The notes: generated from the letters alone by a model not told the origin. Positions 13,365 through 28,375 are shown, counted from the first letter of the stretch. The stretch: 64,000 nt of DNA from Octopus vulgaris (GCA_951406725.2 OX597815.1:136276001-136340000), one strand, 5' to 3'. A program made the numbers and translations.

Positions 13365-14618
13365 CGAGTGTATATGTTTGTGTGTATGTGTGTATATTTG
13401 CAGACGGTGGTATAAACTAATTATTTTGTTTTGAAGTTTACCTTAATTACAATTTAATTTAAATGATGTTTATGTTTACTTCTAAGGCTTTCAACGTTAA
13501 ACATCCTCAATCAACGTCTGATATCAATGTTTTAGTCTACTCATTTCCAATTTCAGTGATTATAGTATTTAATAACAATTGTATTATTTTATTGTGTGAT
13601 CTCTAGATGATACTTAGAATCAGAGAATATTACAAATTTCACTTTTAATAAAGTATATTAAATTTTATGTCCTATTTATACCGGTTAATCATCGCTTTAT
13701 GTCAGTATAGTAAAATATGTTTCGGGGTATATTTTCTATAACTGAGCTATTCAATTTATCTTTGTTGACTCGTCTGCTAATGCTTTTCACTCTAGTCTTT
13801 GGTATTATAATACCTTACAATGGTACTCTTTATACACTTACACAATTTAGTATTTGTATCCTGTGTCTAAAAGAGATAATTTTCAGTCATTCGGGAGATT
13901 ATTCTGTTTTAAAATATTTTTTGATTTACTGCTTCTTCCTACATTTGAGCGACTTTCACTTTTCATGCGGTATCTTTTCATAATAAATACTACCATTGTG
14001 TGCAATCAACTGACAAATATGACTTTGTACTTAGTCAAAAGAAATCATTGTGTTTTTATATAATTTCCTGGTTATAAGTCTCAGAAACTATAATATTAAA
14101 ACAGAATATCAGGAAATAATGTTTTTAAAAAATTTAAATTTATAGTTGATGTTTTCAATAATATTTCGTTAAAACCATTCTACATTTTTGTATATTGTTT
14201 TTCTTCCAATTTCATTTCGGTTCCAGTAGGTGTGCGCAATCATGAAGCTTAGAATACGAAATAAAAAACTATGACGACCATTAACCAACGAGTGTTAATG
14301 CATGCACATTTAATAATTAGTCACACCTAGTTTGTCATCTCGGAAAAAATACTGTTTGGTTAACTGGTAGTTTCATAGCAATTTAACTTACTAAACTATA
14401 TATGAAGGAAATATGCCTTGTCTCTCTTTGCTTTTATACGCTTGGATGTTCACACTTCGCTAAAAGAATAATATCATAGAAAATAAATGAACCCTGCATA
14501 TTTACACCATTCGTTATCGTGATGTGTGCTGAATGTTAAACATTTTTCTGATAACGGTGTATATGAAGCCAGAATATTGGCATCATATGTAGATTTTGAA
14601 AAATATCAGTTTAAGCAT

Positions 14619-15005
14619 GGATGGAAGCACTCCGTCGGTTACGACGATGAGGGTTCCGGTTGATCTGAATCAAGGGAACCGCCTGCTCGTGAAATTAACG
14701 TGTAAGTGGCTGAGCACTCCACAGACACGTGTACCCTTAACGTAGTTCTCGGGGATATTCAGCGTGACACAGAGAGTGACAAGGCCGGCCCTTTGAAATA
14801 CAGGTACAACAGAAACAGGAAGTAAGAGTGAGAGAAAGTTGTGGCGAAAGAGTACAGCAGGGATCACCACCATCCCCTGCCGGAGCCTCGTGGAACTTTA
14901 GGTGTTTTCGCTCAATAAACACTCACAACGCCGGGTCTGGGAATCGAAACCGCGATCCTATGACTGCGAGTCCGTTGCCCTAACCACTGGGCCATTGCGC
15001 CTCCA
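14619..15005 (-). mobile_element. Full-length tRNA-derived SINE (family B) with 12-bp TSD
   Basis: The minus-strand head has A box TGGCCCAGTGG and B box GGTTTCGATTCCC. The TSD CAGTTTAAGCAT lies at 14607-14618 and 15006-15017. Confidence 0.9.
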
Positions 15006-15079
15006 CAGTTTAAGCATATATGCTAAGGAAAACAGTACGACATTCGTGTACCAAAGTAGGAATACGCTCATGTATTTGT

Positions 15080-15258
15080 AAGGGCGCTGTAGAAATTAGA
15101 GTAGAAGCGAAACGAAAAAATAATTTCCGCCGAGGTCAAGTTTGCCTTTCATCCTTTCGGGGTCGATTAAATAAGTACCAATTACGCACTGGGGTCGTTG
15201 TAATCGACTTAATCCCTGACCCTAAATTTGAGGCCTTGTGTTTCCAGTTGAAAGGAAT
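15080..15258 (+). mobile_element. SINE family C (Meta-domain-like core)
   Basis: Core GCCTTTCATCCTTTCGGGGTCGATTAAATAAGTACCA recurs many times in the window and resembles the Meta/MESC SINE central domain. Confidence 0.65.
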
Positions 15259-15667
15259 GTCTCTTATACGTACTATATTACATATAGTATATTGCATATA
15301 TAAATAACTATGGTGAGAATGTGGCATTCACGATCACTAGATCGTTGTTTCGATCACCAGCCCTTCGATGTGTTGTGGTCTTGCATAAAATATTTCATTT
15401 TATGTTGCCTCAGTCCACACAGTTGTAAATGGATTACCTTGCGACAAACTGGCATCATTCGAAAGCTAAAGCCATACGATACAAAGAGGCGCATTGTGAG
15501 CAGCCGTTTCTATCAACATCTAATATATCGACTGATATTGTGATTATATATTTTTTGTGATATATTTTAACAAATATGAGTGTCGTAAATTTTTGCATAT
15601 TATATTTTACATATATTTCTAATTTTGTTTTACATACAATACATGAATGCCATGTACATAAAATATA

Positions 15668-15892
15668 TTGGGGTGTCCGGAAAGTTCGAGCTGATTTATA
15701 GTAGCTTATCTTTCGACTTACCCTCCTAGGCACCTCAATTCTGGGAAGAGGGTATTTTCAAGTTAAAGGAAAGATGGAGACGTATTGTGCAACACAATGG
15801 TTCATATTTGGTTGATTGAAAATGTAATGGCAAATATTTATTAACCTTTTTTTTTCCTTTAAAAATCGGCACGAACTTTTCGGATAACCCAA
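15668..15892 (+). mobile_element. Mariner-derived MITE
   Basis: TIRs TTGGGGTGTCCGGAAAGTTCG and CGAACTTTTCGGATAACCCAA. Retains the transposase C-terminus 'GIFKLKERWRRIVQHNGSYLVD*'. Confidence 0.85.
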
Positions 15893-18164
15893 AATATGTC
15901 ATATTTTAAATACCCAATACACTTGTTACTTCATAATTAAATCAGCAATGAGATTCACATAAAAATTATATATTTTGTTTCTTTTTAGGTTTGCATTATG
16001 CCCAACCTTTGTTCTGAAGATGGCAGAATCGTTAGCACGCTGGGTAAAATATTTCGGAGCATTTCGTTCGTATTTAGGTTCTGAGTTCGACTTCCGCTTC
16101 AGGGTCGTTAAACAGTGCCAGTCACGCACTGATTTCAATGTAGCAGGCGAGCATGCTCCTAAAAAATTCCAGGCGTGATGCTATTGTAGAAAGAATTATC
16201 ACCGAAATATTAACGATTACATTTAGGCAAACAATTTGATTAATCAATATAGAAAAAACAAGTAAGGAAGTACTCAATAGAATATTTTGATGGGTACATT
16301 TGCAGTATGGGACTGAATTCTCTTATACAAATCAGATCAATACTAATCTGAATTCAACGTGTTTGATAAGTACTATCGACTTACTTGATCTTATGTAAAA
16401 TAGAATTTGTATTCCTAATGCTAAAATGTAAAATTTATGACTATTGTAAATTTTATCGTATGCAGTAAGCATTTTCTTTCAGTTCTGACTGATTTTTTTT
16501 CTAGTATCAATATAATTCCAATAATTTCAGTTATGTTTACAAATGGTAGCTCTCTGGAAAGTAGAATTGCCCCCAAGATTAGAAGCCATTATTTTTGCCT
16601 AAAAGTTAAGTGATATCAACTTTAGATAATTTTGTAAATGCTGTACGTACAGCAAAAGAGAATGTGGGCAGAGTGACGTATTTGAAGAATTCACTTCGCA
16701 ATCACTAAGCAACGCCTTCATTGTTATGTAGTTTCGGTTTTATTTCCACATTGTGACGCTTCGTGCAAGCATCTTCTAATATGGGATTGTTCAATTTGAT
16801 TTTGAATTAGATCAATTAACGTTCTGCATCTTTTCATTTCGTATGAGAGCGTGGGAGAGTGAGAAAATGTTGTTGTTTCGGTTATAGGCAAGAGAAAGCG
16901 TAGTGTGATAACAATGCAAAGATTTATTGGTAAGTCTGAGAAAGAGAAGTGGTTTGATAAGGCTAGATATTTGTGGTGCAAGGGGAATGATGACAGAGAA
17001 ATAATTGAAGAATAACAAGAGTGAGTGTTTCAAATAAGGCATATGTTGAAATAAAGATGGGAAACACGCCGATAAGTAAAGAAATGGAGACAAAAGACAA
17101 CCGTAATAGAATATCCCTAGTGTATAGATAATTACAAGGTACATGAGAGAGACAGAGAGACAAAGAGAGAGAGATGGACGAGATTGTGTAAGTAGGTCAG
17201 ATGTTTGGGAAAAGAAGTGAACGAAATGGGGTAAAAATTGTAGCGAGGAATTGCAGGCAATGAATATCTAAAACCATGTGTATGGAATTGTTGGTGTTCA
17301 ATAAAGATAGGTGAACGGTAAGTGGATAAAGCAATAGAAACATTCTAACTACACAATGAACAGATATTTAGGTTTAAAGGGGCGGGCAAAAGAAAATACA
17401 TGATATAAGAATTACTGAATTACTTGACCATTAGTTGACAACAAATTCATATTAATTAAAATGTACATCCATAGAGTCAAACCCCCAGCGCAATGAGAAA
17501 AATAAATGAATATATGCTCTCATACATATAAAATTATATACACGATGCTGACAAAATAATTGTAATTATAGCAACTGAAGGGACGACAACAATATCATAG
17601 CTTTGGAGAGAAGCTAGTCACCTGAATGGAACTGAATACGTAGAATCTGTATAAGAAGACCGTTGGGCGGACAGTATGCATTTAACAGAATGCAGTCTGT
17701 AGCAATTGTTAGAACTATATACCTGATATAAGAATAACACATTATCCTTTCCTGATCGCTCCAATAAAGGAAAGTATTTACTCTCGTCATTCTACATTTG
17801 GCCTTCATCGTTATTTACTATAAGTTGATTACTATACTTAATTTAAGCAGTTACTATACTCGCATTATGAAAATATATTAAGAACTTTAATGTAGAATGT
17901 ACAGTTCAAAGAAATGCACATCATTATAAAAGTGTCTATGAATGAATGTTTTGTACCAATTTCGATCCTTCAGTGAAGCAGTGAGCAAGCCCCTGCCTTC
18001 TGCCCTCAATCTTTAATTGAATTTGCATTATAAAAACTCTTCAGTCAATTACAATTCTTCAAGTACTTCTCTTCAAAACTAATAATGTTTTTTTAGCCTA
18101 CATAATATCTTTTGCAATTAGAAATGATTTTCGCGACATTGGTATCTAAGAAACTGTGGACATA

Positions 18165-18625
18165 ATATTGGTTTTAAGTTTTATCACAAGAGCAGTAATT
18201 TCCGAAGAGGGAAAACGTCGATTACAGCGACTCCCAGTGCCCAACTGGTACTTATTTATCGCCCTTGAAAGGATGAAAGGCAAAGACAAAGGCGGGATTA
18301 GAATTCAGCATGTAAAGACGCACGAAATGTCGCAACTGATTTGCCCGTCGTGTTAAGGTTTTTACCAGCTCACCGCCTTCCCTGTGGACATAATATCAAT
18401 ATAATGGTTTCAAATATTTGCTTAAGGCCAGCAATTTTAGAGACAAGAAATTAGTCGACAACATCGACACAGCACCAAATTCTTATTTCTTTTATCAACC
18501 TCGGATAGATGGAGAGTGAAGTCAGCCATATAGAAAATTGAACTTAAAACGTAAAGAGCCAGAAGAAATGCGGTTAAAAATTTTCAACCACGCGCTTGAT
18601 GATTCTGACAGATCATCGTCTTACA
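18165..18625 (-). mobile_element. Two degraded SINE family C copies
   Basis: Reverse complements of the family C core (ACTGGTACTTATTTATCG...GAAAGGATGAAAGGCAAAG). Confidence 0.6.
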
Positions 18626-19939
18626 TAATAACAAAATAATACTTTTTATGAGACGAAGTCCTGAGATAATTAGTTTTGAGTTACGTCGAAATTGTGAGCC
18701 TAAAATATCGCTTGTAACTTCTCGCTAATCTCATATTTTGCAGATGACAATGTTTTAGAGATACTTCCTAATATATTTACAAATACAAATCATAAATTAT
18801 TTTCAACCGTATATATATTTTGAGAAGTAATCGTCCCTCCAAATTTTTGTCTACGTAGCGTTGACAAAATACACTTGCTCATCTCGTTATTGTCATTAAT
18901 GTGTTAAATTGTAAATTTATAAAAATAAAAATGAGAGAGATAGCATTTTAATCCACTCTAATCTAATCATGGTGTATAATTGTTTTCTCGTTCGTTTAAA
19001 TTTAAATCTTTCTCAGTTTTACTTTCTTCCTGTATTTAAAATTATAGTTTGTAATCGAGATGCAGTAAGCCAGAAGCAATCTCTGAACTTGTTGAGATTT
19101 CGATCCTCTGTCCATTTTAGCTTGGCATAAAATTATTTCCTCCGTAATGAAGACTAAATCCTTTGATTAGAGAGAGAGAGTGGGGGGGGGGGGGGAGAAA
19201 CAGAGAGACAGAGATACAGACAGAGCATTGCGACATTGTCAGGGTTTTCTTTCCTCTAATGTTTGTGCTTGCACAAAAGAAACCAATATAATAATACTTG
19301 TGTTGTTTGCAGAATTTTCATGATAGAAATATTAGATTCCATAAAGTGAATAATATACGTCTTAAATCGTAGATTAAATAAGATATGGTTAAAGGGAAAT
19401 ATGTTAATAAATATATAATACATAATCCGAATATGCTAGAGGAAATTGTGGAATCAACACAGAAATAAATACTATATTCAACAAAATATGACTAGAAGCG
19501 CTTTTGGAAAGCTATTTTTTGGAGATGAAAGTGGATATAACAAAAGTATTTGGTTAGAAGATTATAGGAATTCAATAACGAGATGAAAAAAGAAAAAAAA
19601 TAGCGCCTCGTAACATTTTTATCTATGATGTAAAACGAGCTGTAAGTAGCTAAAGTAATATGAAGAATTCTGCTTTTTAATCATTAGTTACTTTTTCTTC
19701 TATATATACTACAATGCAAAGTATTGCTAACACAGTACAGTTTTCTGCTCACTATTTAAATTTTGCAAACACAGGATATCTATGTTATAACTGACAAGCT
19801 CGGTTGCAAATGATTCTAATTATGTATGTGTTATTGCCAATAAAATTATTTGATTTGAAATGTATACAGTTGGAACATTTCTTTATTAGCATTTAACTAT
19901 AATTCTTGAATTGATACAGGTGACTGTAGATTATCAGTA

Positions 19940-20690
19940 GCGAGCTTGCTCCATCTCCAAGAATGAAATCAGTGACATTTCAATAACTAAATAGCGAATA
20001 GAAAAATGAGACCACAGAATGAGATGAAAGAATGTTTTAAAGATGCAAGAATTGTTTGATGAGAATGAATGTGATTTATCAAAAAAAACCGAAAGCCGGA
20101 CTGAGTTAATGCTACACTTGTTGAGGGACACAAATGGTCGATTTCCTTGATTATTGGTAGTTAAAATATCCATGCTCGGTAAATGAAAGGTAAAGACAAG
20201 TTTTGTGTAACTCAGCCCAGCACTACCGTTTGCATTACTTTATATGATATTTATGGAAAGGGGAATTGTAAGGGCAATTTGTCTGCGATTCCGAATCCAC
20301 GAAGCCCTGACATATGCATATTTCGTGAAACCACAGGATGCAGATTTTAAATGCTGTTCTGAAAGAAAGCTCAACAACAACTTCAACTATGACACTGCAT
20401 TCATATTTACGGTATATTGTGATTTTAATAGCAGCATATTGTGTTTTTTTTTCTGCCCATCCTTCCCTGTTGACGGCCTTCAAAATCTTAGAAGTCATGT
20501 GCGAAAATTCTAATGTGCTGTATCTGACATCAAAGATGTCATTGATGTAAGTACTGAAAAAGAAGGGGTCAAATACATTGACTTGTAGGACGTACCTAGT
20601 GACTCTTGGTGATATTGATTGAACACATTATGGGTTCTATTGGTAGTAGATCATACCGTGTAAACTGCCTTATGCAAGAGAGCTTTAGAC
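19940..20690 (-). pseudogene. Highly degraded CR1/L2-type reverse transcriptase fragment
   Basis: The minus strand near 20480-20600 reads 'VLQVNVFDPFFFSTYINDI...SKILKAV', a decayed version of GVPQGSVLGPLLFxxYINDL...FADDxK. Confidence 0.5.
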
Positions 20691-21408
20691 AATAGAATTG
20701 CGTAATGAATTACGTAATAAAATATCTATAATGAATACAAGCATAATAAATAGAGGTTGAGAACTTATTGCAACATCTGCGTGACATTTTTAATCTGTAC
20801 AAGTAACAGTACTTAGTTTTAGGTGCTGTTTTGCATTCAAGAAATATTAATGGTTCATAGACAAATAGATTATCGTTATACTTGTTATCAAATTTCTTTC
20901 GCACTTATTTTCCATAATTTTCCGAGTGCAGCAGCAGTACATATTTGTGAGCGTATATAAATTATAAATATATTTGACAGAATTATAAATTAGAATTATA
21001 AATACGTTTAACTGTCTTGTCCCCCTAACATACGAAAACTATTTCGTCAGACGTCAAATAAGCATAAGTAATAATTTCACATCCCATATCCTCTTTATAT
21101 AAGCGTTCAGTAACGGAATATGAAGCATAACGCCAGGAAAATAATGTTGCTATTTAGCACCAGGTAATCTCTGAATAAGAAGAAACATTTCATCAATGAT
21201 TGTTCTGACTTGTGTTCACTCATATGTTTAGCAGTAAATTATACACGTACTTTTGACAGCATACCTAATTTGGCTTGATATGTCTAACTGATTGAGCTAC
21301 CCCAGCTATGCAAAAGTTCTCCCGTAGGATTGTTCTATAGCAGGAAATAACAGATTTGTAGCTTCGATACTAAAGATAGTTTATATTATTTGAATAACTG
21401 TTTAGTCA

Positions 21409-22462
21409 TCTCTCTATATATATAAAACTGAGAATGTGTGTCTGTGTGTTTGTCTGTCTGTCTGTCTGTGTGTTTCCCTAAAACTTGAGAACTACACAAC
21501 CAATTTCATTCAAATTTTACACATGCCTTACTTAGGGTCCATGTACTTTCATGGGCAAAAAGGTTTTCAACTTCTTGCCTAGAGCGAGCCCATAGCAATA
21601 TCATATCTTCTCCACTATTTCAGTATTACGTGTTAAAAGTGAAACAAAAATATTTCTCTATTTTTATGTCAGATACTTTCACTTTAACAATAAAAATAAT
21701 AATAACTATTGAATTATATGTAGTAAGTAATAATTAAAATCAAACTAAAGTATAATATAATCGTAACATAATAAAAGTAAAAATAGCAATTGGTACAAAA
21801 TTGCATCAATGACTTGAACTTGAATAAGTGGTTTCACATGAATGGGAATAAATTAAAAATAAAATTAGCGTGCAGAAATCGAATAGTCCAGATGGATAAT
21901 AAAAAATTAAATTAAAGAAAAGACTATTGTCTATAAAGTATACAATGTAGAGAAAAAAGAAGATTTGAACACCTGGAAGAAAGCACCATCGAAAAGTGTC
22001 TTGGTGCGACTATGAAAGATATCTAACCAGAGGCGGTAAATTCGCCACAATAGAAGCATAGGGTTCGAGTCAACGGAGCGTGCAAGGGAGTACTCGACTC
22101 GAACTTGCAAAGTGGAAATATTTTATTTTTACCTTTATATCTGGGACGTAGGACGTGCCGGATAGAAATTAAAAATGCCCCATCCCCCAGAAGTTGAGGT
22201 AGGCTGGATTGTAGCCAAACCTCTATACAAGAGGGAGGACAAGATACAATTGATCTAAATTGCAAGAGACGGGCTTGCAATTCCAGTCTGTTATATATTT
22301 TGAGTATTGTTATCACTAGCGATATCAAGATATAACTTTATATTTTGTATTTTATGTGTAGATGTATATATATATAGATGTACATGTAATACGTACACAT
22401 ATATATACTCATATATACATGCACTAGCACTATAACCCGGCAACGACGGGTCATAATGCTAG
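21409..22462 (+). mobile_element. Non-autonomous Helitron
   Basis: 5' TC(TC)TATATATATAAAA followed by (GTCT)n. A 3' hairpin ACCCG-GCAACGA-CGGGT lies about 7 nt before the terminal CTAG. Inserted between A and T with no TSD. Confidence 0.85.
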
Positions 22463-23692
22463 TCTCGTATAAAATCTAAACACTGATAAACACTTAATCG
22501 AAATGTGATTTTCAGTTTTATATATGAAACAATGTACTTACTGGCAATCATATCAACATTGCATAATTATAGCAATAATATTCGTGCGTTTAATAGTCTA
22601 AGGATAAGGGTCGGTACTAGTGTGTGTTATTTGGGGACTTAAGGTACCTAGAATTAACTGTCGCCCCAGTTACTTAATGAAACATCCATGCAACAGGATG
22701 AATTGGTTGCGAACGTACTGCAATATACACTTATTCGTGTCAATCAGTACATCAACCATTATATTTGATTTCAAATGCATTTTTACATTCAACAATCATT
22801 TCTTGTCTCACGAACAAATAAATTGCATTTGTTATTTTATAATTTTTTTAACATTAATTCACTTCAATTTATCAACAGCAGCTTTGCTACGCAATAACAA
22901 ATGTGAAAACTTGGAAATAAGATTTCACTAAAAAAAGGAAAACTAAATTATATTAAACTTCACACAAATTGAATTTACTTACAAGATAAATTAAATTATA
23001 TAAAAAGTATATTATTTAGAATAAGGAAAATAACAGAACATCCACCTAAAAAAGCAAGAAAAGCCCTCCCATTTGACTTCATATTAAAGTCCGCATAACT
23101 CGAAGACATTAATTTACGTACCTGTTACCTTTCTGACGCCTTGATAGATGCACGTAAATACATTGAAGAAAATAGACGAGAAAAAAGTATTAAATACTCA
23201 TTGGTGTTAAATTGTTTTTATTTCGATCTTTCACGTGAGGTGACGCAACATAAAAACTGCCAGCAAAATGTGTGAAGATAAAGTACGAAATACCTGCTCA
23301 ATAAAGAAAATTAATTACATTCAACAGTCACAATCAAGCACAATCATGCAATGACACACACATGCACATATAATACACAAACATACACACACATACACAC
23401 GCAGAGAGGTCTATGTATGCATGTGAAAGTATGTGGATATGCTTGAGGTAAGCGTGTGTGTGCATGCGTGTGTCTATATGCTTCTATGTGTGCTAAGACA
23501 CATATCAAATATTCAGCAGTAAACATCTGTTGATATTTGTCATTTAACGGCCCTTACATTAATAGATACAGACATCCCATATCACAATCACCTTCTCTGT
23601 CTCCGCCTCTCTTTTTCGCTCTTTCTCTTTATCATACACACATACTTATACATGCGTACATACATAAACCCACACACACAGACATATATATA

Positions 23693-23772
<80 letters not shown>

Positions 23773-23892
23773 TATATGTGTGTATATATAGTTAATCCAA
23801 ACATGAAAACACAAGGAAAAAACACAATAACACGAGGACGTGAAAAAAGTATAGCGTTATTGGACGCTCAGGAAGGAAAGAAAGAAGAAGGA

Positions 23893-23925
23893 TTTAATGT
23901 TTCGAACGGAGCTCTTCGTCAGAAA
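23893..23925 (-). ncRNA. Minimal type I hammerhead ribozyme, slightly decayed
   Basis: Minus strand reads TTT-CTGACGA-AGAGC-TCC-GTTC-GAAA-CA-TT-AAA, within a ~210-bp repeat (23790-24000) flanked by (TA)n. Confidence 0.65.
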
Positions 23926-24003
23926 CATAGGAAAAGGAAAGATCCAAGGAAGAAAAGACGGAGGGAAAAAAATCATCAACCATACATACGCGGTCACATT
24001 TTA

Positions 24004-24061
<58 letters not shown>

Positions 24062-24107
24062 TGTATGTATCATTTAAATATAATTATGTATGTTGTATGT
24101 ATGTATG

Positions 24108-24148
<41 letters not shown>

Positions 24149-24152
<4 letters not shown>

Positions 24153-25108
24153 ACTCTCATCCCCTCTTCACGTGCTAGCTCTCGAGTCAGTCATAAGGAA
24201 GTTGGATATTTCGTCGGGCATCCCGCGTGAGATAAAATGCAGAAAGTTCGCATCGGCTTATGCGGACGACGTCACAGTAATAGTGTCGGACAACATGGAA
24301 ATAGAGGTGATCAACACTACCGTAAGGGAGTATGAAGCAGTAACTGAAGCAAAGATTTACCAGGACAATTCGGTGGACCTGCATCTTGGCACCTGGAGAC
24401 GCATGACCATGCCAACCAACAGCATTGTAGTGAGCTGAACCGAAGGAGAAGTTAAATTGCACGGGATCTAGTTTAGTGTGGACCTCTACCTGGACAAGAA
24501 CTGGGGGGAGGAGACGAGCAATTTCGCTCATCTCCCCCAGAAATGGGCAAAGATTAAGTGTCCCTAAAGGGTCGGGCGGAGGTGGCGAATACGCACTTCA
24601 CTTCCGTTATCTAGTACCGCCTGACCGTGGTCCATTGCTCTGCTTTGTGGATGATTAAGATGGAGCGCTTGTTCTTTCAGGTTCTGTGGAAAGGATGTGT
24701 CCGCTCGTAAGCCGCTAAGTGGAGGACTGGGCATGCTGTGGCTAATGATGCGAAGACAGAAGCTGAGGCTGCGACATCACCACCGTTTTTTTCACGGTGA
24801 GCGGGTATAATCACCGTTTGTTAGACAGAATTTTTCCGCAGTTCGTCTCGTTGACGGAACTACAGTCTTGCTTGAAGCGTAAACCAAGAAAGGGCGCGTG
24901 TCACTTGGATTGTCAGCAAGCGGTGGTAACCAGGATGTGTGGAGTTTCTCGGTTGGCTCTGGAGTGAACTCTCCGCTTTTGGAGAATATTTTTGCTTTAC
25001 TTTTATTGTTAATTTTTTTAGATTTTTTATTTTTATTTTTACACAACTTTGTACTAAACCCCACTTATGCCTTGTGCTGTATTGTCCATATGTGTTTTGC
25101 GCTCGGCC
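24149..25108 (+). mobile_element. L1/Tx1-type LINE ORF2 fragment (RT motifs 4-7) with 3' end
   Basis: '[12 protein letters not shown]...[11 protein letters not shown]...YEAVTEAKI' and a later 'GGLGM' motif. Has stops, frameshifts, an internal deletion and an A-rich end. Confidence 0.8.
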
Positions 25109-25153
25109 CTTGTAACCAGTAAAGAAAACATCATTATTATTATTGTTATTGTA

Positions 25154-25230
<77 letters not shown>

Positions 25231-25275
25231 CAATACCCTGCGCAGCTCTGTATGCCTTGGGTATGTGCTATTATT

Positions 25276-27183
25276 ATTATTATTATTATTCTATGTTTGA
25301 CTTTTGCTTTATATTTGTACAAGTTGGCTCCAAGTCTCACCCAGAGACCTCAAGAGACAACAGGGTTGGAAGTTCATGTTGTTGTTATGCCTAGTGTGCC
25401 ATATATTTGGGGGGTGGGGATGTTGTACTAATGAATGTCTAAAAAGAAAAAAAAAGGTTTTTTTTTTTGTTTTTTTTTTTTGTTTTTTTTAAACCGAAAA
25501 TTATGTTTGTTTTAAACCTTGAGATTACATAGAGAGTATTTTGCGTAGGATATGAGCAGTTCCCATGAGCACTATCTTTTGAACTTCTGCCATTTTTGGG
25601 TTTCCTGGTATCTGAGTTAGGTAGCTATCAGCCCCTTTTGCTATCATTCCCAGGGCACCTATGACAACAGGTATTGTTTTTAGTCTTCAGCTTCCACATT
25701 TTGCTGATTTCTATTTCAAGATCTTTATATTTGCTCAGTTTTTGGTAGGTCTTGACAGATACGTTTATATCGATTGGGACAGTCATATCAATGAGGAGGC
25801 ATGTTCTTTGTTTGAAGTTTTTCAATATGATGTCTGGCCTATTTGCATCTATCTTCCTGTCAGTTTGAATGGTGAAGTTCCAGAGGAGTGAGATGTGGTC
25901 ATTTTCAAGCACTGGGGGTGGTTTGTGTTCCCACCAGTTTTTTTCATGGGGCAAATCCAGGTTTTTACAGATTACCCAGTGAATATATTGTGCAGCTCTA
26001 TCGTGCCTGTTGAGATACTCTGTAGGCGCTAGAAGACTGCACTTGGAGACCACATGGTCAATGGTTTCATTTTGTTGCTTGCATACACGACACGTTGGAC
26101 TGCTTCTGATCTTTAATATGTTGGCCTGGTAGTTTCTTGTTGGTAGGCATTGATCTTGAGCTGCTATGATAAACCCCTCTGTTTCAGATTTTAAGCCAGA
26201 GGCCATTAGCCATTGATGGGTCAGGGCTTTGTCGATATCTGCATTATTCGCTCTCTTTGGGTATTTGCCATAGAGAGGTTTTTCTTGCCATTTATTATTC
26301 AGAATATCTAAGGCCGCAGTTTTGGCACGGGTTTTCATGCGCCTAGCTTTTTCTGTGCTTGTTTCTTGTATATCTATCTCTAATTCCGAAATTGGTTGTA
26401 TTCGGAATTCACTTAGATATTCCTTTGCCTGTTTTGTGACTGAGTATGATGCTTTCTTGTTTTCATGTTTTGAGACAAGTTTTAGCATCCAGTCCTCAGA
26501 GTTTTTCAGGTAGGTGTCTAGGCCAATTGTAGCAATCTTCATTGTTATTGCCAGTTGCAAAAGACCACGGCCTCCCTCTTTTCTTGGCAGATAGAGTCGT
26601 TCTGTATCTGCCTTAGGGTGGTGCATTCTATGCATTGTCAACAGTTTCCTTATTTTTCTGTCGAGCTGACATATTTCAGTAATTGACCAGTTAACAATAT
26701 TGAAACTGTAAGTCACGACTGGTATAGCTAATGCATTGATTGCTTCGATCCTGTTTCTTGCATTCAGCTCTGTCTTGAGTATTGCTCTCACTCTTCGATA
26801 GCATTCTCTCCTGATCCTTTCCTTCATCTCTGAATGCCTTATTCCGTTCCCTTCAATTATCCCTAGGTACTTGTAGCTCTCCGCTGGGTCTAGTTCTTTT
26901 ATGACATTCTGTTGGTCAAGGTTAACGTTAGATGTTTCTGTCATTTTTCCTTTGATAAAGGTAGCCTTTGCACATTTATCGAGGCCGAATTGCATTCTGA
27001 TGTCGTCACTGAATTGTTTGACTATCGCTAGTAAGCCCTTGAGTTGTTGATCATTTTTTGCAAAAAGCTTTAAATCATCCATCGAGATGATTTATATTTT
27101 TATCAAACATTTTATATCGTCATCTTTGAGAGAGGTATTAAGGATCATCAGTGAGTCACCCTGGAAAATGCCACACGAAATTC
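25276..27183 (-). mobile_element. R4/Dong-like RLE non-LTR retrotransposon, 5'-truncated
   Basis: RT 'GIFQGDSL' (about 27150-27170) and 'MDDLKLF', plus 'GGRGL', a CCHC knuckle and RLE motifs. Flanked on both sides by (ATT)n. Confidence 0.9.
25628..27082 (-). pseudogene. R4/Dong ORF C-terminal 484 aa: RT, zinc knuckle and restriction-like endonuclease
   Basis: CRVCKQQNETIDHVVSKC, RHD, RPDIIL, IDMTVP and KLSKYKDL. A frameshift near the end continues as 'IPVVIGALG'. Confidence 0.9.
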
Positions 27184-27202
27184 ATCATCATCATCATCAT
27201 CA

Positions 27203-27272
<70 letters not shown>

Positions 27273-27349
27273 TATTATTACTATTATTATTACTATTATT
27301 ATTACTACTATTATTATTAGGCTATTATTATTATTATTATTATTATTAC

Positions 27350-27419
<70 letters not shown>

Positions 27420-27493
27420 TAGTTTTATTATTATAATTGCTCTCACTTCATTACCGAGCGCAGCTCTGTGTATTGGGTATGTTATTATTATTA

Positions 27494-27581
<88 letters not shown>

Positions 27582-27610
27582 GTTATTATTATTGTTATTG
27601 TTATTATTAT

Positions 27611-28311
27611 CATTCTTCCGTAGTTTTATTTTTATAGCGTGCTTTCACTTCACTACCGAGCGCAGCTCTGTGTGCCTTGGGTATGTGCTGTGATTTGTTG
27701 AGATGCTCTGATGGTTATTGTATGGAAAGTGTTCTGCGTAGGATGTGTGCAGTGCCTAGTAGTGCAATTTTCTGTATGTTATATGTGTTTGTAAGTCCTG
27801 GTCTTTTTGTTATGTATTTGTCTGAATATTTTTTTATCATGCCTAATGCACCTACTATGATAGGAATTGTTTCTGTTTTTAGATTCCACATTCTGGTTAC
27901 CTCTATTTCTAGGTCTTTGTATTTTGAAAGTTTCTCCATTTCTTTTAGAAACACATTGTTATCTGCTGGTATTGATACATCAATTAGAAAGCATTTTTTT
28001 CTTCATGATCTCTAACAACTATATCTGGTCTGTTGGCCTTAATTTATCTATCCCTGTGTATCGGCATATCCCAGAATATGGTTGCTTTCTCGTTTTCTGT
28101 GACCTTTTCTGGTGTGTGCCTATACCATCTTTTTTCTGTTGTTATTGCATAATGTTGACATAACTTCCAGTGTATGTAGGTCCCAACTCTGTCATGTCTG
28201 TGAATATATTCCTTCTTAGCCAGGACTGGGCAGCCAGAGATAATATGATTTATTGCTTCTTGTCCATCTTCACATATTCTGCAGTTACTTGTTATATTTC
28301 TTTTCATTACA

Positions 28312-28312
<1 letters not shown>
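27611..28312 (-). mobile_element. Second R4/Dong-like subfamily, 3' fragment
   Basis: CRICEDGQEAINHIISGC, HRHD and KLSKYKDLEIEV...IPIIVGALG. It has a different 3'UTR and (ATT)n on both sides. Confidence 0.88.

Positions 28313-28375
<63 letters not shown>

Noticed and set aside
14930-15005. tRNA gene
   Set aside because: It is the tRNA-like head of a SINE with a body and TSD, and has no complete cloverleaf.
23692-24438. 248-aa ORF as a single gene
   Set aside because: It is a chance fusion of microsatellite, an HHR repeat and an L1 RT fragment. Only 24149 onward is coding-derived.
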